Source: Eledone cirrhosa (lineage: Eukaryota). From it: a DNA stretch of 64,000 nucleotides. Below, piece after piece: positions 12,317-27,597 of this stretch. Positions within the stretch are counted from its first letter, which is position 1, and each line of letters opens with the position of its first letter. The translations under genes were made by a program, and so were the position numbers. The notes below the pieces were generated by a model. It worked only from the letters and a program-made list of their open reading frames with translations, did no database searches and was not told the DNA's origin. Location: positions 91,698,001-91,762,000 of the forward strand of contig OZ024747.1 in assembly GCA_964016885.1 (NCBI GenBank). Reading direction: 5' to 3'.

Positions 12317-12409
12317 ATATATATGTATATATATATATATATATATATGTGTATATATATATGTATATATATATGTGTATACATATGTATATATATATAT
12401 ATAAATATG

Positions 12410-12444
<35 letters not shown>

Positions 12445-12569
12445 GTATATATATATATGTATACATATGTATATATATATATATATGTATATATATGTAT
12501 ATATATATATATATGTATATATATGTATATACATATATATATGTATATATATATGTATATATATATATG

Positions 12570-12601
<32 letters not shown>

Positions 12602-12619
12602 TACATGTATATATATATG

Positions 12620-12738
<119 letters not shown>

Positions 12739-13410
12739 ATACGTATGTATATACATATATATATATATTTGTATATATATATATATATATATATGTGTAT
12801 ATATATATGTATATATATATATGTGTGTGTATATGTATATATATATATATGTATATATGTATATATATATGTATATATATATGTATATATATATCTATTG
12901 ATACGGTATGTATAAGAAATCCTGTACCATACTCTATACTTCAGTTTAAATATATAAAACATTTTTGGTGTAATCTACCCTCGTAATTTTATACGCAGAA
13001 TTTACTGTGTTTATTTCTACATATATTAATATTATATAATGCTGAGTATTTATACATTGAGCTTGTTAATTGCAAGATATCAATATGAGTTAGTAACTCT
13101 ATATTTTAGTTGTATGTATATATATGTATATATATAGATGTATATATGTATATATATATATATGTATATATGTATATATGTATATGTATATATGTATATA
13201 TGTATATATGTATATATATATATGTATATATGTATATATGTATATATGTATATATAATTTAATTTCGTTTCGTTTTTTGTTTTTATCGTTTCCGCTGAGC
13301 CGGTGCGTACAATGACTCACCTTCTATGCAAATTAGTCTGCCCACTACTAATTTTCATAGAAAAAGCATATAACGATATGTGCTTTTACGATTCTCTAGA
13401 GAAGCCGGAA

Positions 13411-13469
13411 GATGGGTTATTATTGCTGATGAGATGTAATAACATCGAAACTAGTCCAATATTCCTGTC
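13411..13469 (+). ncRNA. Canonical minimal type I hammerhead F6
   Basis: GATGGG..TATTG-CTGATGA-GATGT AATA ACATC-GAAA-CTAG-TC|CAATA..CCTGTC; cleavage after 13456. Confidence 0.9.
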
Positions 13470-13881
13470 TGGCTCTCTGGAGAATAGAGGAAATGTGTTT
13501 CCTTGAAAACCCGTATGACTCTAAAACCCGGTTTGTCTGTTTGGTTACATACAGACTAGCTGGACACTCACAGTAAAGTGTCCAGTGAAAAACTCAGTAC
13601 ATGTACATATGTATACATGTGTGTATTTATATGCATACTAATATTTCCGTATACATATGTAAATGTACACTTTTGACTTAATTGTTTAAGCGTCAGTCAT
13701 ACAAAAGTGAGTTAGAAGCGAAACGAAATTTAATTTCGTTTCGTTATTTGTTTTTATCGTTTCCGCTGAACCGGTGCGTACAATGACTCACCTTCTATGC
13801 AAATTAGTCTGCCCACTACTAATTTTCATAGAAAAAGCATATAACGATATGTGCTTTTACGATTCTCTAGAGAAGCCGGAA

Positions 13882-13940
13882 GATGGGTTATTATTGCTGA
13901 TGAGATGTAATAACATCGAAACTAGTCCAATATTCCTGTC
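13882..13940 (+). ncRNA. Canonical minimal type I hammerhead F6, second copy
   Basis: Identical motif; cleavage after 13927. Confidence 0.9.
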
Positions 13941-14297
13941 TGGCTCTCTGGAGAATAGAGGAAATGTGTTTCCTTGAAAACCCGTATGACGCTAAAACCC
14001 GGTTTGTCTGTTTGGTTACATACAGACTAGCTGGACACTCACAGTAAAGTGTCCAGTGAAAAACTCAGTACATGTACATATGTATACATGTGTGTATTTA
14101 TATGCATACTAATATTTCCGTATACATATGTAAATGTACACTTTTGACTTAATTGTTTATATATATATGTACATATATGTATTTATATATACATATGTAT
14201 ATATGTATATATATGTATATATATGTATATATGTATATATGTATATATATATATATGTAGTAGGTATATATATGTATATGTATATATGTATACATGT

Positions 14298-14341
<44 letters not shown>

Positions 14342-14392
14342 ATATATATATGTATATTTGTATATACAGATATATATGTATATATATATATG

Positions 14393-14432
<40 letters not shown>

Positions 14433-14477
14433 AGTATATATATATGTATATATATGTATATATATATATATATATTG

Positions 14478-14537
<60 letters not shown>

Positions 14538-14730
14538 ATATATATATATGTATATATATGTATATGTATATATATGTATATATGTATATATGTACATATA
14601 TATATATGTATATATATAAAGATTTACATATACACAAACTAGATAAAGTCACAGATATATATGTTTTGGCGAGCATTCACGATGTGGCTTAATGATGAAT
14701 TAATAAATTAAATAATCAGAGCAATACACT

Positions 14731-14779
<49 letters not shown>

Positions 14780-14784
14780 TATTG

Positions 14785-14855
<71 letters not shown>

Positions 14856-14990
14856 ATGTATATATATGTATATATATATATATATACTTATATATATATA
14901 TATACTATTGTATATATATATATATATACTATTGTATATATATATATATATATTTGTATGTATATATATGTATATATATATATATATACT

Positions 14991-15043
<53 letters not shown>

Positions 15044-15050
15044 ATGTATA

Positions 15051-16130
<1,080 letters not shown>

Positions 16131-16737
16131 TAATTCATTCTAATTTGAGCACTATGTGTATGTGTGTGTGTGTGTGCGTGTGTGCGTGTCTGTGTGTGTG
16201 TGAATGTATTATACCTGTGGGTGAAACTCACTGATTGTGTATAGTTATTTGGAGACATCCTGGTGTCAAATTGTCATTTCAGTTATTGATTCAATATTTG
16301 TTTTATTACATCATATGACTTCTACTCAAGGTTAATAAAAACAAGAATAAAACCAACACGGAAATTAGCTTTAAACTATCATGCTTTTCACTGTCATTGC
16401 AGATAGTTACATTCAATAGTATATGAGATTTGGCTCTGTTGCAATGATTATTCAATTATGAACTTGACTCTTCCTGTCTTTGATAAATATTCTGTAGAAT
16501 TATTTTATTAACAAATATTATTGCATGAGATATTGATCTTGTCGTCATTAAATATAGTTCATTCTGCATTAAGTTCAGTGACTCCGGAAGTTAACATGAT
16601 CAGTTTACTTGCAAGCATTCGTCATCTAAAAATATAGTGTGTGATTTTATAAGGGTCATGAAGGAGGACTTGAGAACAACTTACATGAAAATACAATTAG
16701 TTTTAAACTTGTACTTTCTGTTGAAGTTGGCATTGCG

Positions 16738-16775
<38 letters not shown>

Positions 16776-17201
16776 CGTCGTCGTCATCATCATTATCATC
16801 ATTATTATTATGTAGTGTAATTTTAAGAAAATTAGAGAATTTTAATATTGAATAAAGAAAATTGATTACAACAAATTTAAGAAAAAATAAACATCGTTTT
16901 TCGGTTCCTATAACGGATCAATAGTTGAGACTAAATTATATCTTTGTATGAAATGAGCATTATATGAAATATCTTGTTCTAAATGTAACGTTATTATCCT
17001 TTGTACATACATTGCACGCAGTGCTACTGTGATACTATAAAGTAATACATCGTAATTACTGGCTATAACAGGAGTAATATGGTTGATATAAAGCATATGA
17101 AGCACACACACATATATATTTATATATACGCTCACTCACACACACACACATATATATACATGTATGTATATATATATAGATATGTATATATATATATATT
17201 C

Positions 17202-17262
<61 letters not shown>

Positions 17263-17400
17263 AATAAAGCCTACCCGCCGTAAGCAACCAATCACATTCT
17301 TTCTCTCTGGCTTGAACACAGCCACATAGCGATTTTTAGCCATTTTTGAATCTAATTTTGGCGGGATCGGATTGAAAAACTAGATGTCTGATTTTGAGTC

Positions 17401-17478
17401 TGTCTCCTGATGAATCCTGACTCAGGACATTCCTATTATTTGGATGTCCAAAATAAGGAAGAAACTATGGTAGAGATA
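17401..17478 (+). ncRNA. Type I hammerhead F7 with long stem II
   Basis: TGTCTC-CTGATGA-ATCCT..GGACATTC..GGATGTCC..AGGAA-GAAA-CTATGG-TA|GAGATA. Confidence 0.75.
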
Positions 17479-17759
17479 TAATTACGGTGTGTGCGCATTT
17501 CTTCTAAGTTTAATTTTACAACTAATTGTGTATGGTTGATGGTATATTTAGTCAGTTTCTACATGCTGTCGAAATGTTGGATAAATACCCGACTGGGGCC
17601 GCCGCGAAGAGGCTACGTTCGGTTATTTGTCGGAGATTTCCCCATAAGAGCATTTATTCTTTAACTTGTTCTGATTGATTTTTTATATGGTTAATTATGC
17701 TAATTAGAAGAAGAAATAGTATATATTTTATTATCTGATGATTCTAAAGACATGATTTA

Positions 17760-17884
<125 letters not shown>

Positions 17885-17887
17885 TAC

Positions 17888-18672
17888 ATATTGTTATACA
17901 TTGGGAGGGTCATGGTGCCAATAAGAAACACACGCACCAAGTGATTTCACTCCAATTTATTATAAAGTATAACAATATCGGTTTCAACACAATTTTTCAG
18001 ATAAAGAATGTGGCTAAACAAATTCAGAAACGATATATATACATAAATATATATATACATAAATATATATATATATTGTTATACTTTGGGAGGGTCATGT
18101 TTCCAATAAGAAACACACGCACCAGTTGCTTTCACTTCAATTTATTATAATAAATTTATAAATTTATAGAAATTTATAGAAAATATGAGTGGAGCAGCAA
18201 CATCACAACTTACAATTAAGGACAAAATGAAAACACACACACAAATAGAACAAACAACCAACCAGTAACATGTAAATAAACAAATAAATAAATGAACATA
18301 AACACACACAGACACCCGGATGTGGCGCATGCGCAGACTACGCACACAACACACACACAGAAACAAAATGGCGTAGGACAGAACAAAGGAGAGGCACAAA
18401 AACAAAGAAAAGAATCCCCAGTTACTGAAGAGGTCACAGAGTGTGTGACGAAAGAACTATGACAATATATAAACAACTATCTGGTTGTGGAACCAACCAA
18501 CCAACCAACCAGAAATTTATAAATTTATAAATTTATTATAATAAATTGAAGTGAAAGCAACTGGTGCGTGTGTTTCTTATTGGCAATATGACCCTCCCAA
18601 AGTATAACAATATCGGTTTCAACAAACGATTTCAGATAAAGAATCTTGCTAAACAAATTCAGAAACGAAATA
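17888..18672 (+). mobile_element. Two F8 PLE-terminus inserts with inverted ends (17888-18035; 18073-18672)
   Basis: Inverted arm TATTGTTATAC..GGGAGGGTCATG at left, forward terminus at right; HHR inside the second insert. Confidence 0.75.
18421..18463 (+). ncRNA. Minimal type I hammerhead F8
   Basis: GTTA-CTGAAGA-G GTCACA GAGTG TGTGAC-GAAA-GAAC-TA|TGAC. Confidence 0.7.
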
Positions 18673-18721
18673 TATATATATACATAAATATATATATATA
18701 CAGCGAAGGAGTTGTGGTAAG

Positions 18722-18815
<94 letters not shown>

Positions 18816-19060
18816 TTATGTATATATATATATTTATGTATATATATATATATTCATGTATATATATTAGAATTGGTGCTCTGAAATGGCGATATATATA
18901 TGAATGTATATATAGTGTATTTTGCAATACACTGTATGCTAAATTAAAAGCATTTCGAAGACCTTACGCTATTGTCTTAGAGTAGTGACAGTCTCACTTA
19001 TTTTAATTTTCAGCAAACAGGGGAGATAAAGCTGACAGAGCTCTGTTTCGCACCAAAGTA

Positions 19061-19426
<366 letters not shown>

Positions 19427-19428
19427 TT

Positions 19429-19630
<202 letters not shown>

Positions 19631-19659
19631 ATCAAAAGATGGTTAAAGGAGTTCCATGT

Positions 19660-19728
19660 ATTTTATTATGCGCATTTCAAAAACAAAGATCATCATGCAA
19701 TAATATTTGTGTTTTCATCAGATAAAAC
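19660..19728 (-). ncRNA. Canonical type I hammerhead F9
   Basis: Reverse complement of the 20603-20671 motif. Confidence 0.85.
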
Positions 19729-20602
19729 AGGAGAACATGATATGGAGGCTAAAAAACACTTGTGGATAGTGCAGTTTTAAATCAACATATGAAAAGTGGT
19801 TTTAGATTGATGTGTGATATTGGGAAAAATATTTTATTTAGAGAGGGGGGGGGGTGGAAAGGATGAACTCATTATTAATACATATTAACTCTTTATTCGC
19901 ATATATTATCAATTCAATCAATATACAAACTTTAACTTCACATTATTTTTCTCAAATCCTTCTACACACAAACCTTAATAATTTTTCTCTTCGTTAATTT
20001 TGAAATTGCCACAATACATACATTCCTTTTTTGACGTTAGAATATTCATCCACAATTATTATTTTTTTCTCTCTATCTTCATACATAATTTCCCTTCGTT
20101 AATTTTCAAATTCCTTTAATTTATACATTATCTTCCAACGGTTCCCAACCTCTCTATGTTAAAACAATATATCTTTTTCTCAGTTATAAAAACTATCTCT
20201 TTCTCTCTATCACCCATCTCTCCCTCTCCACCTTCACTCTCATCTCCTCCCCCCCTTTTTTTTTCTTTTTTTTTTTCATCCCCCCCCCCCCTAAATAAAA
20301 TATTTTTTCCTCGCACATATCCTCCCTTCGTTAATTTTCAAAAATTTTTAATTTATACAGTATCTTCCAACGGTTTTCAACCTCTCTATGCAAAAAATAT
20401 ATCTCCTCTCAGTTATAAAAACTATCTCTTTCTCTCTATCACCCATCTCTCTCTCTCATCTCCTTCCCTTTTCATCCTCCCCCCCCTCTCTAAATAAAAT
20501 ATGTTTCCCAATATCACACATCAATCTAAAACCACTTTTCATATGTTGATTTAAAACTGCACTATCCACAAGTGTTGTTTAGTCTCCATATCATGTTCTC
20601 CT

Positions 20603-20671
20603 GTTTTATCTGATGAAAACACAAATATTATTGCATGATGATGTTTGTTTTTGAAATGCGCATAATAAAAT
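20603..20671 (+). ncRNA. Canonical type I hammerhead F9
   Basis: GTTTTAT-CTGATGA-AAACACAAATATTATT..GATGATGTTTGTTTTT-GAAA-TGCGCA-TA|ATAAAAT. Confidence 0.85.
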
Positions 20672-20793
20672 ACATGGAACTCCTTTAACCATCTTTTGAT
20701 CTTATATTATGCATACTCCAGTCCTACAAACTGTAGAGTGCTTCTTATACGATATCTGCATTGCTTTATTGTACTACAATAAAACTCACCTCC

Positions 20794-20863
<70 letters not shown>

Positions 20864-20892
20864 CATATATATATATATACATATATATATAT

Positions 20893-20984
<92 letters not shown>

Positions 20985-20987
20985 ATA

Positions 20988-21770
20988 TCATCATCATCAT
21001 CATCACCGTTTTACGTCCGTTCTTCCACGCTGGCATGGGTTAGACGGGTTGTCCTGTTGTGGGCAGTGTCTGGTCGGCTGACCATGCCTTGCTCATACAG
21101 GAACTGATTTGGTTTAATTTCTACAGCTGGATGCCCTTCTTAACACCAACCTCATTAACAGTGAATGCTGGGTGCTTTTTCGTGGCGCCTACACGTCCAC
21201 TTTACAGTGTGGGCTGGGTGCTTTTTTGCCGTGGCACCTCCACGACCACCTTGCAGTGGGTGGTGTGGGGCATATTGTCTATATGCTTCAGCTTGTACCC
21301 ATGGGAGGTCGGGTACTCTGTATTACTGCGTGACGCCAGAGGTCACGGTGTGTGTCATCGCCTTTGAGAGGTGTAATTGGATAAGGTCGGCTTTTATCAC
21401 CTCATCCCAGGTCATCTTGGGTCTCCCCACTCCGCGGTTTCCATCGATTTCTAGTGATCTGCACCTTTTTATGCAGCTGTCATCCTTCATACGCATCACA
21501 TGGCCATACCAGCGCAACCGCCTCTCCTGCACACAGCATTTGATTCCTCTTATGCTCAGTCTCTCTCTCAATTCATTTATGCTTTGTCGTTCGCGTATAT
21601 TACTGTTACACATCCATCGGAGCATGCAAGCTTCGTTTCTCTCTAATCTACGTAAGTCTTCCACCTTCAGCGCCCAGGTCTCACTACCATGCAACATCGC
21701 TGTTCGTATACACGCATCATACAGTCTGCCTTTCATTTTGAGGGAGAAGCCTTTTGCAGCTAGCATTGGT
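20988..21770 (-). mobile_element. RTE-clade LINE 3' end with 3' UTR and (GAT)n tail
   Basis: KGRLYDACIRTAMLHGSETWAL..RRLRWYGHVMRM..GRPKMTW. Confidence 0.9.
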
Positions 21771-21804
21771 AGTATATATAGTATATATATATTGGCAGCG
21801 GTAG

Positions 21805-21848
<44 letters not shown>

Positions 21849-21850
<2 letters not shown>

Positions 21851-22165
21851 GTAATAATAATAAATTTGAAGACTAAAATCCAAAGAGGGCTCGATAAGTA
21901 TAAATATATATCAAATATATAAGAACCGTAGAGCAAATATTTATTAAAATAACAGATTAAAGTTTAAGCAAAGAATCGCTGCTTTCACCCTTAACGGGAT
22001 CTTCTGAAACTAAAAAAATCAATCTGTGAACGCAGAAGTAAATATTTCGAAAAATGTTGCAACCGGAGGAAGACAGGAAGACGATTGATTTTTTTAGTTT
22101 CAGAAGATCCCGTTAAGGGTGAAAGCAGCGATTCTTTGATTAAACTTTAATCTGTTATTTTAATA
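21849..22165. mobile_element. Head-to-head pair of F3 PLE termini, each with a hammerhead fold (21953-22026 minus; 22083-22154 plus)
   Basis: Matches 6220-6305 in both orientations; the minus copy extends ~95 nt beyond AATAAA. Confidence 0.75.
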
Positions 22166-23364
22166 GATATATTTATGTATATATATATTTATGCATATAT
22201 ATATATATGTATGTATATGTGTATATATATGTATATATATATTTATATATATGTATATATATATGTATATGTATATATATATGTATATGTATATATATAT
22301 ATGTATATGTATATATATATATATGTATATATATATAAATAATATATATATAAATGTATGTATATATATATATTTATGTATATAGATATATATATATTTA
22401 TGTATATAGATATATATTTATGTATATATATATATATTTATGTATATATATATATATATATTTATGTATATATATATATATTTATGTATATATATATATT
22501 TATGTATATATATATATTTATGTATGTACGTATATGTACTTATATATCTGAATATATAAACCTAATATTGAACATATGGTTTATTCTCAGACTACTATAA
22601 ATTCTTCTTTAAAATAAACAATATCCTCAATTTCTTGGCAATGTAGCTTATTCCAGACACATTTTTCTCAGTGGTCAATCTTCCATAGTGGATGAACACG
22701 CGCGCGCGCACACACACACACAAACACACACACACAACACACACACACACTTATATACATAAATACATATATATCGTCGATTGATATACATAAATACATA
22801 TATATCGTCGATTGATACGCTTCACCGAGGGAAATATAAAAAAAAAAGACGAAACACATTTTCCTATTATTTTTCACTCTGTCCAAAGTAAGATGGTCAT
22901 TTCTTCTATCCGAGGCGGTAATCCGTGTCAAATTAATTGTTTGAAGCCAATAGAATAGGTGTTTAGCTCAAACAAACTCTGTCTCTACACAACGTGCTGA
23001 AAACGATAGACATATAAAATAATTTTCTATGTTTAATGAGTGATTCCCCTGTTATGGCTGTGTAAATTATATGATACGATCACATTCATTTACATAGACC
23101 GTGACAACTCAGTGAAGCATCATCTCGCCTATCAAAGCGGAACACATGTTAGAAAAGTCTTGAAATTTTTTTAGTCAGCATTAAAATCTGTCTTTCTTGC
23201 TTCTCAGTTTTAGACAATCCTGTAATGAACTTTAGAAAATATTATATCCTATTTTTCTTCAAGTGTACGTGAGCCCATGCCATTCAAACAGAATTATGTG
23301 GCATTTTTAGATGTTTAAATAAATGCTCGTGGGACTCAATTAGAAAGGATTGTGGTTTTTAATG

Positions 23365-23486
23365 CAGTAAGTCCCCAACCTACGAACGAGTTATGTTCCA
23401 AGAGGCCGTTCATAAGTTGAATTTATAACACCGTACGTATCAGTAACCCCATATATGTTACATAGATACTGCAGATTTCCATATGA

Positions 23487-23557
<71 letters not shown>

Positions 23558-23774
23558 TACATAGAGACATATATTACATGTAATAATGAATTTAAATACT
23601 GTAAAGCTAAGGGCAATAAATTGTTAAAGACAAACTCTACATTTTCAATTATGTTGCGGAAAAGCCAACAAAAATGCGAATTTCAAACTCAGACAAATTT
23701 ACTTTTTCTTTGTGAGACTGTTCCTATCAGCAGAAGTTCGTAAGTAGGATGTTCGTAAGGTGGGGGACTTACTG
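23365..23774. mobile_element. Tigger/pogo-like MITE
   Basis: TIR CAGTAAGTCCCCAACCTACGAAC / GTTCGTAAGGTGGGGGACTTACTG; TA TSD degraded. Confidence 0.75.
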
Positions 23775-25067
23775 TTAACATATATCTTAATTGTAGTATT
23801 TAATTGGCAATAAGGGTGGGTCAAGGTGCGAAGACAATCTTGTCACAATTCAGATTGAAATATTGTAGTAATCCTAAAAGTGATGTTTAGCAGTATACAC
23901 CCGACACAACACAGAAGACTACAGGATAAATCTGAATTATACGTTCTGTACATTACTCTACCCCAACCAGCTGGTAGTATAGTTAAATACATTTATCAAT
24001 TCTTTCGTTACTAATTTAGATATTGTGTCGAAGGCGATGCGTATCGGATGAAGCCAAAATATGTGCAGATTTGTCTCCCGTGTTTAACGAGAAAATGAAA
24101 AGTTGTAATCATCGATTAAATTAGAAGATTCTTAATCACATAATTATTTCTCCATTGCTGTTCTCCATTCTCTGTATTAAATCTGCTAACATGAACTCAA
24201 CTGTTATCTATATATTATTTGTTTTTTTTATGCCACAGTTGGATTTGCACGATGTAGCATGCATGGAACATGTGACACCTACTCATGTATCGTACAGTGT
24301 CAGTTATTTAGTTATTTGTAAATGTTTACTCATATAATCCTTAGTTTTCCTAATATATATATATACATATTGTGTGGTTTATTATGTAATTAAATAGCTC
24401 TGTACTATGCATGGAGCACTCTTCTTTCCTTCAACTTTTCTACTTAAATACTTAACACATATATATTTATATAACTTATAATTCAGACTAAGGTCTCGTG
24501 CTGTCACTATTCCGAGTTTTCTATGACTATTCTGTTCATGAATGAATATAAACTATTAAAAATAACGTGTAACTCTTTTCGTTGCCCTGTGCACCCAAAT
24601 ACGCATAAACACACATGCATCCATAATTCACACACACATACACACAAAGATATACACCTACACACAATCGGTCATGTGCATACGTCAGTGCTAACACGCG
24701 GTCAAGCTTGATTGAGCCTTTTATATTAAAACATACAGAAATTCGTGTATTTTAACAGATAGCTATATGATTATATTCACATTTATATATACGAATACAT
24801 ATGCATACGCTCACACTTATATGATTATAACTGTTTATTGTATAAACACAAGTTGGTGTATATATATATATCAGTAAGAAGAAAATGGAGGTAGCGATAT
24901 CGTAATATCGTATGATAAAGAGAGTGAATTAGAGATAAAAATGTATAGTTAGTTTGTTTTTGTTATCTGGCAGGTAAGTTTTAATGTATGTATGGAGAGA
25001 TGCATCAATTCTTTAATGTGTGGATGGAAAAACACCTTGGTTTTTTAATGTGTGTGTATAGAAATAC

Positions 25068-25135
25068 CTCTGTTCTTTAATGTCTTTTGTTTTCTCGGCC
25101 ATCAGAGTAGTTTTTCTCTGTTGAAACAGAGCCAT
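25068..25135 (-). CDS. Putative first coding exon of an unidentified host gene (exon 25151-25068; MALFQQRKTTLMAEKTKDIKEQ..)
   Basis: Acceptor poly(T)-CAG at 25152, donor AG|GTATTT at 25067, upstream 73-nt GTAAGT intron with CTGAC branch site. Confidence 0.5.
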
Positions 25136-25224
25136 GCACAAGATTAATCACCTGAAAAAAAAAAATGCCTTTTAGATTCGGTCAGTTACCCAAGCAGCGC
25201 CATCCTTCCGAGAGACTGACTTAC

Positions 25225-25290
25225 GAGGTTTGATCAGCCACTGAGATGCAATCAATAGATCGATCCCCCGCCCTTATGACCAATTGGCTT
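25225..25290 (-). promoter_or_regulatory. Putative promoter and short 5' UTR exon
   Basis: GC box GGGCGGGGG (25265-25273), CCAATTGG (25280-25287), donor GTAAGT at 25224. Confidence 0.5.
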
Positions 25291-27178
25291 AACCAAAGAT
25301 GTTGATTTCTATAAACATTTTAGAAAAACTTTCTGACTTGCAGCTTTGTGCAAAGGTCAGTAATTTTAGATTGATTTCTTCATGTGAAAATTGTAATTTT
25401 ATTGGTCTAGTAGAGTTTGTTTGCGACATTGACCTGTTGGACTTTGTATTGTATAATGTTACAATTTAATATCTGTTTAGTGTGTCGCTGGACTCGCTTC
25501 ACCTTGAACGAAATAATTATTTGAGAAATAGCTTAATGAAACCCTAGATACTGAATCCCTTCGAATAGCACTTTGTATGCAACCCTCTGTTATTTTTTGT
25601 GGGGTTGACATCAAAATCTTCGAATATTTACGATTGTTTGATGTTAAAACATAATTTCTAAATCAATGTTTTTATATTTGGGAACATTACCTTAAAGTAG
25701 AAATATATATCGATATCTTCCTTTGATATACAAGTACAAGAAACAGACCTCTTTTACAACCAAAGCTGAAAGATAGAATGTAACGCAACGTTGAACACAA
25801 CTTGACGTTAGAAAGGTAGGTGCATGATTGCAGATCATCAATACAATGTTCCATTCTTCTCACCAAATCACTCGCATTCTCAAAAGATATAAATAATTAT
25901 TCTCAATACATGTGTTTCATTCACAAAGTTGGCTTAAAAACCATTGACAATTACATAAATATGAGAAAGAAAGATGAAAACAAATTAAGTAATGAGAAAA
26001 GGGGAAGGGGTAAAAGGTGCAGATCTGGCTGTAGAGGAAAGGACTATAAATGCTATAATTGAGAGGAAAAGCAGGGGGAAAGCACAGAAGAAAGGGAGAA
26101 GTAAAGGGAGAGGGTGATGGGAGCCTGGCCTATGGCGGGGCGGTGTTTGGGCTGCGCCCCACGAAGAAAACTGCAATTTTTATTGAAAACAATATCAATT
26201 TCTTCTCTGGACAGGCCCACTGTATTACTCTGCAAATATCAATAGAGAAAAATATAGAGAAGAAAACTAAAATACGTTAGTATGTTGTGAGGATGTACGG
26301 GTTTCCAGGCCTATTTCTTCATTGGGGAATACAATTATCTGAAATAAATTACACCGATGACCTCTTTGCCTGTCGTTCTTTCGAGATTGGTAAAATAAAA
26401 TAGGATTCAAATGAAGGGTCGATATAACCGAATTTCCCCTCCCTTTTAAACTACTGAACCTCTGCCGAAATCGGAAATATCTGTTATAGATATGTGCGCA
26501 CGCTTGTATGTATATTGCACACCTGCCAACATCTAAAAACTCAAAACAAGTGCCCCAAAACGAGGAGATTTTACATTATGAAATCTATACCAATTTTCGC
26601 AAGAGAAGACATCTCTCACCCACCCCAAACGGGTGGAAGATTTCCTCGACGGCCGGGAAGAGTTGACAGACCCGACGTTGGTAATTTAAGATCTCAAGCC
26701 TAAGTTACTATATATTTTGGGGGTATATATTATATATTATATAACTCGTGATCACATCCTTAATGAAATTGAGTAAAGGTTAGCATGTTTACGCAAGCAT
26801 TCAGTGGAGAATGCAACATTACAGGTTTGAGAAGTTAATATTTGCAGTTTGATGTCTTCAATTTAATGGTTTGGGAACTCATCGAGATTAATTTAAATAA
26901 GATTATTTTTAAATAGGATTAATTTTAAATAGGAATCTCGGAAGCTATGAAAAATATTCTTGTTATGAGAGATTAATAGTAATTACGGATATTAGATTAG
27001 AATAGAAATAGTTTGAAAAAGTGCAGTGAAGGTAATTTTGAAGAAGTAACTAGTATACAAGATGCATGAAATTGAAGAAAACCATTGTTTATAATGAGAA
27101 AAACAGTTAAAATCATGTATAAGCGATCGAATCATTTCAGAATGTATGTTTAGAGAATAAAACTTGGTATAGTGTTAG

Positions 27179-27347
27179 CAGACTTGTCACCTCTCCGCAT
27201 CCGACAGGAAGATCTCCCACCCTCTTTGTGAAAATGGGTGTAGCTTGCATTATGTAAAATCTGCCCATTTTGCCTTATTTTTCCTCGTTTCGGGGCACTT
27301 TTTTTCATGGTACACCCCGTTTGAGGTTTTAAAGGTTGGCAAGTCTG
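27179..27347. mobile_element. MITE with 7-bp target duplication
   Basis: TIR CAGACTTGTCACC / GGTTGGCAAGTCTG; GTGTTAG on both sides; related inverted copy ~26519-26685. Confidence 0.7.
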
Positions 27348-27597
27348 GTGTTAGCATCAGAAAAATAATTCAAATAATAGTAATGTTCTATCCATAAGCA
27401 GTTGGACCTTTGAAAGTTGTAATCAGGTCGCATCCTCCAATTTATATATGCACGGGGAAGAAAAGGTTCGAGGTATCCTAAGAAAAATTAGTAGTACAAG
27501 GCTACATAAATGACATATACTGCAACGTATTCGATCCAATGTTATACTAATTCACCACCTCCTAATGGTTATATATATATAGATATATATATAAACT

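Larger units (their letters stand above)
13257..14159 (+). repeat. Non-coding tandem array, 471-bp unit x ~1.9, one canonical HHR per unit (retrozyme-like)
   Basis: Identical 67-aa pseudo-ORFs 471 bp apart; TA-flanked. Confidence 0.9.
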
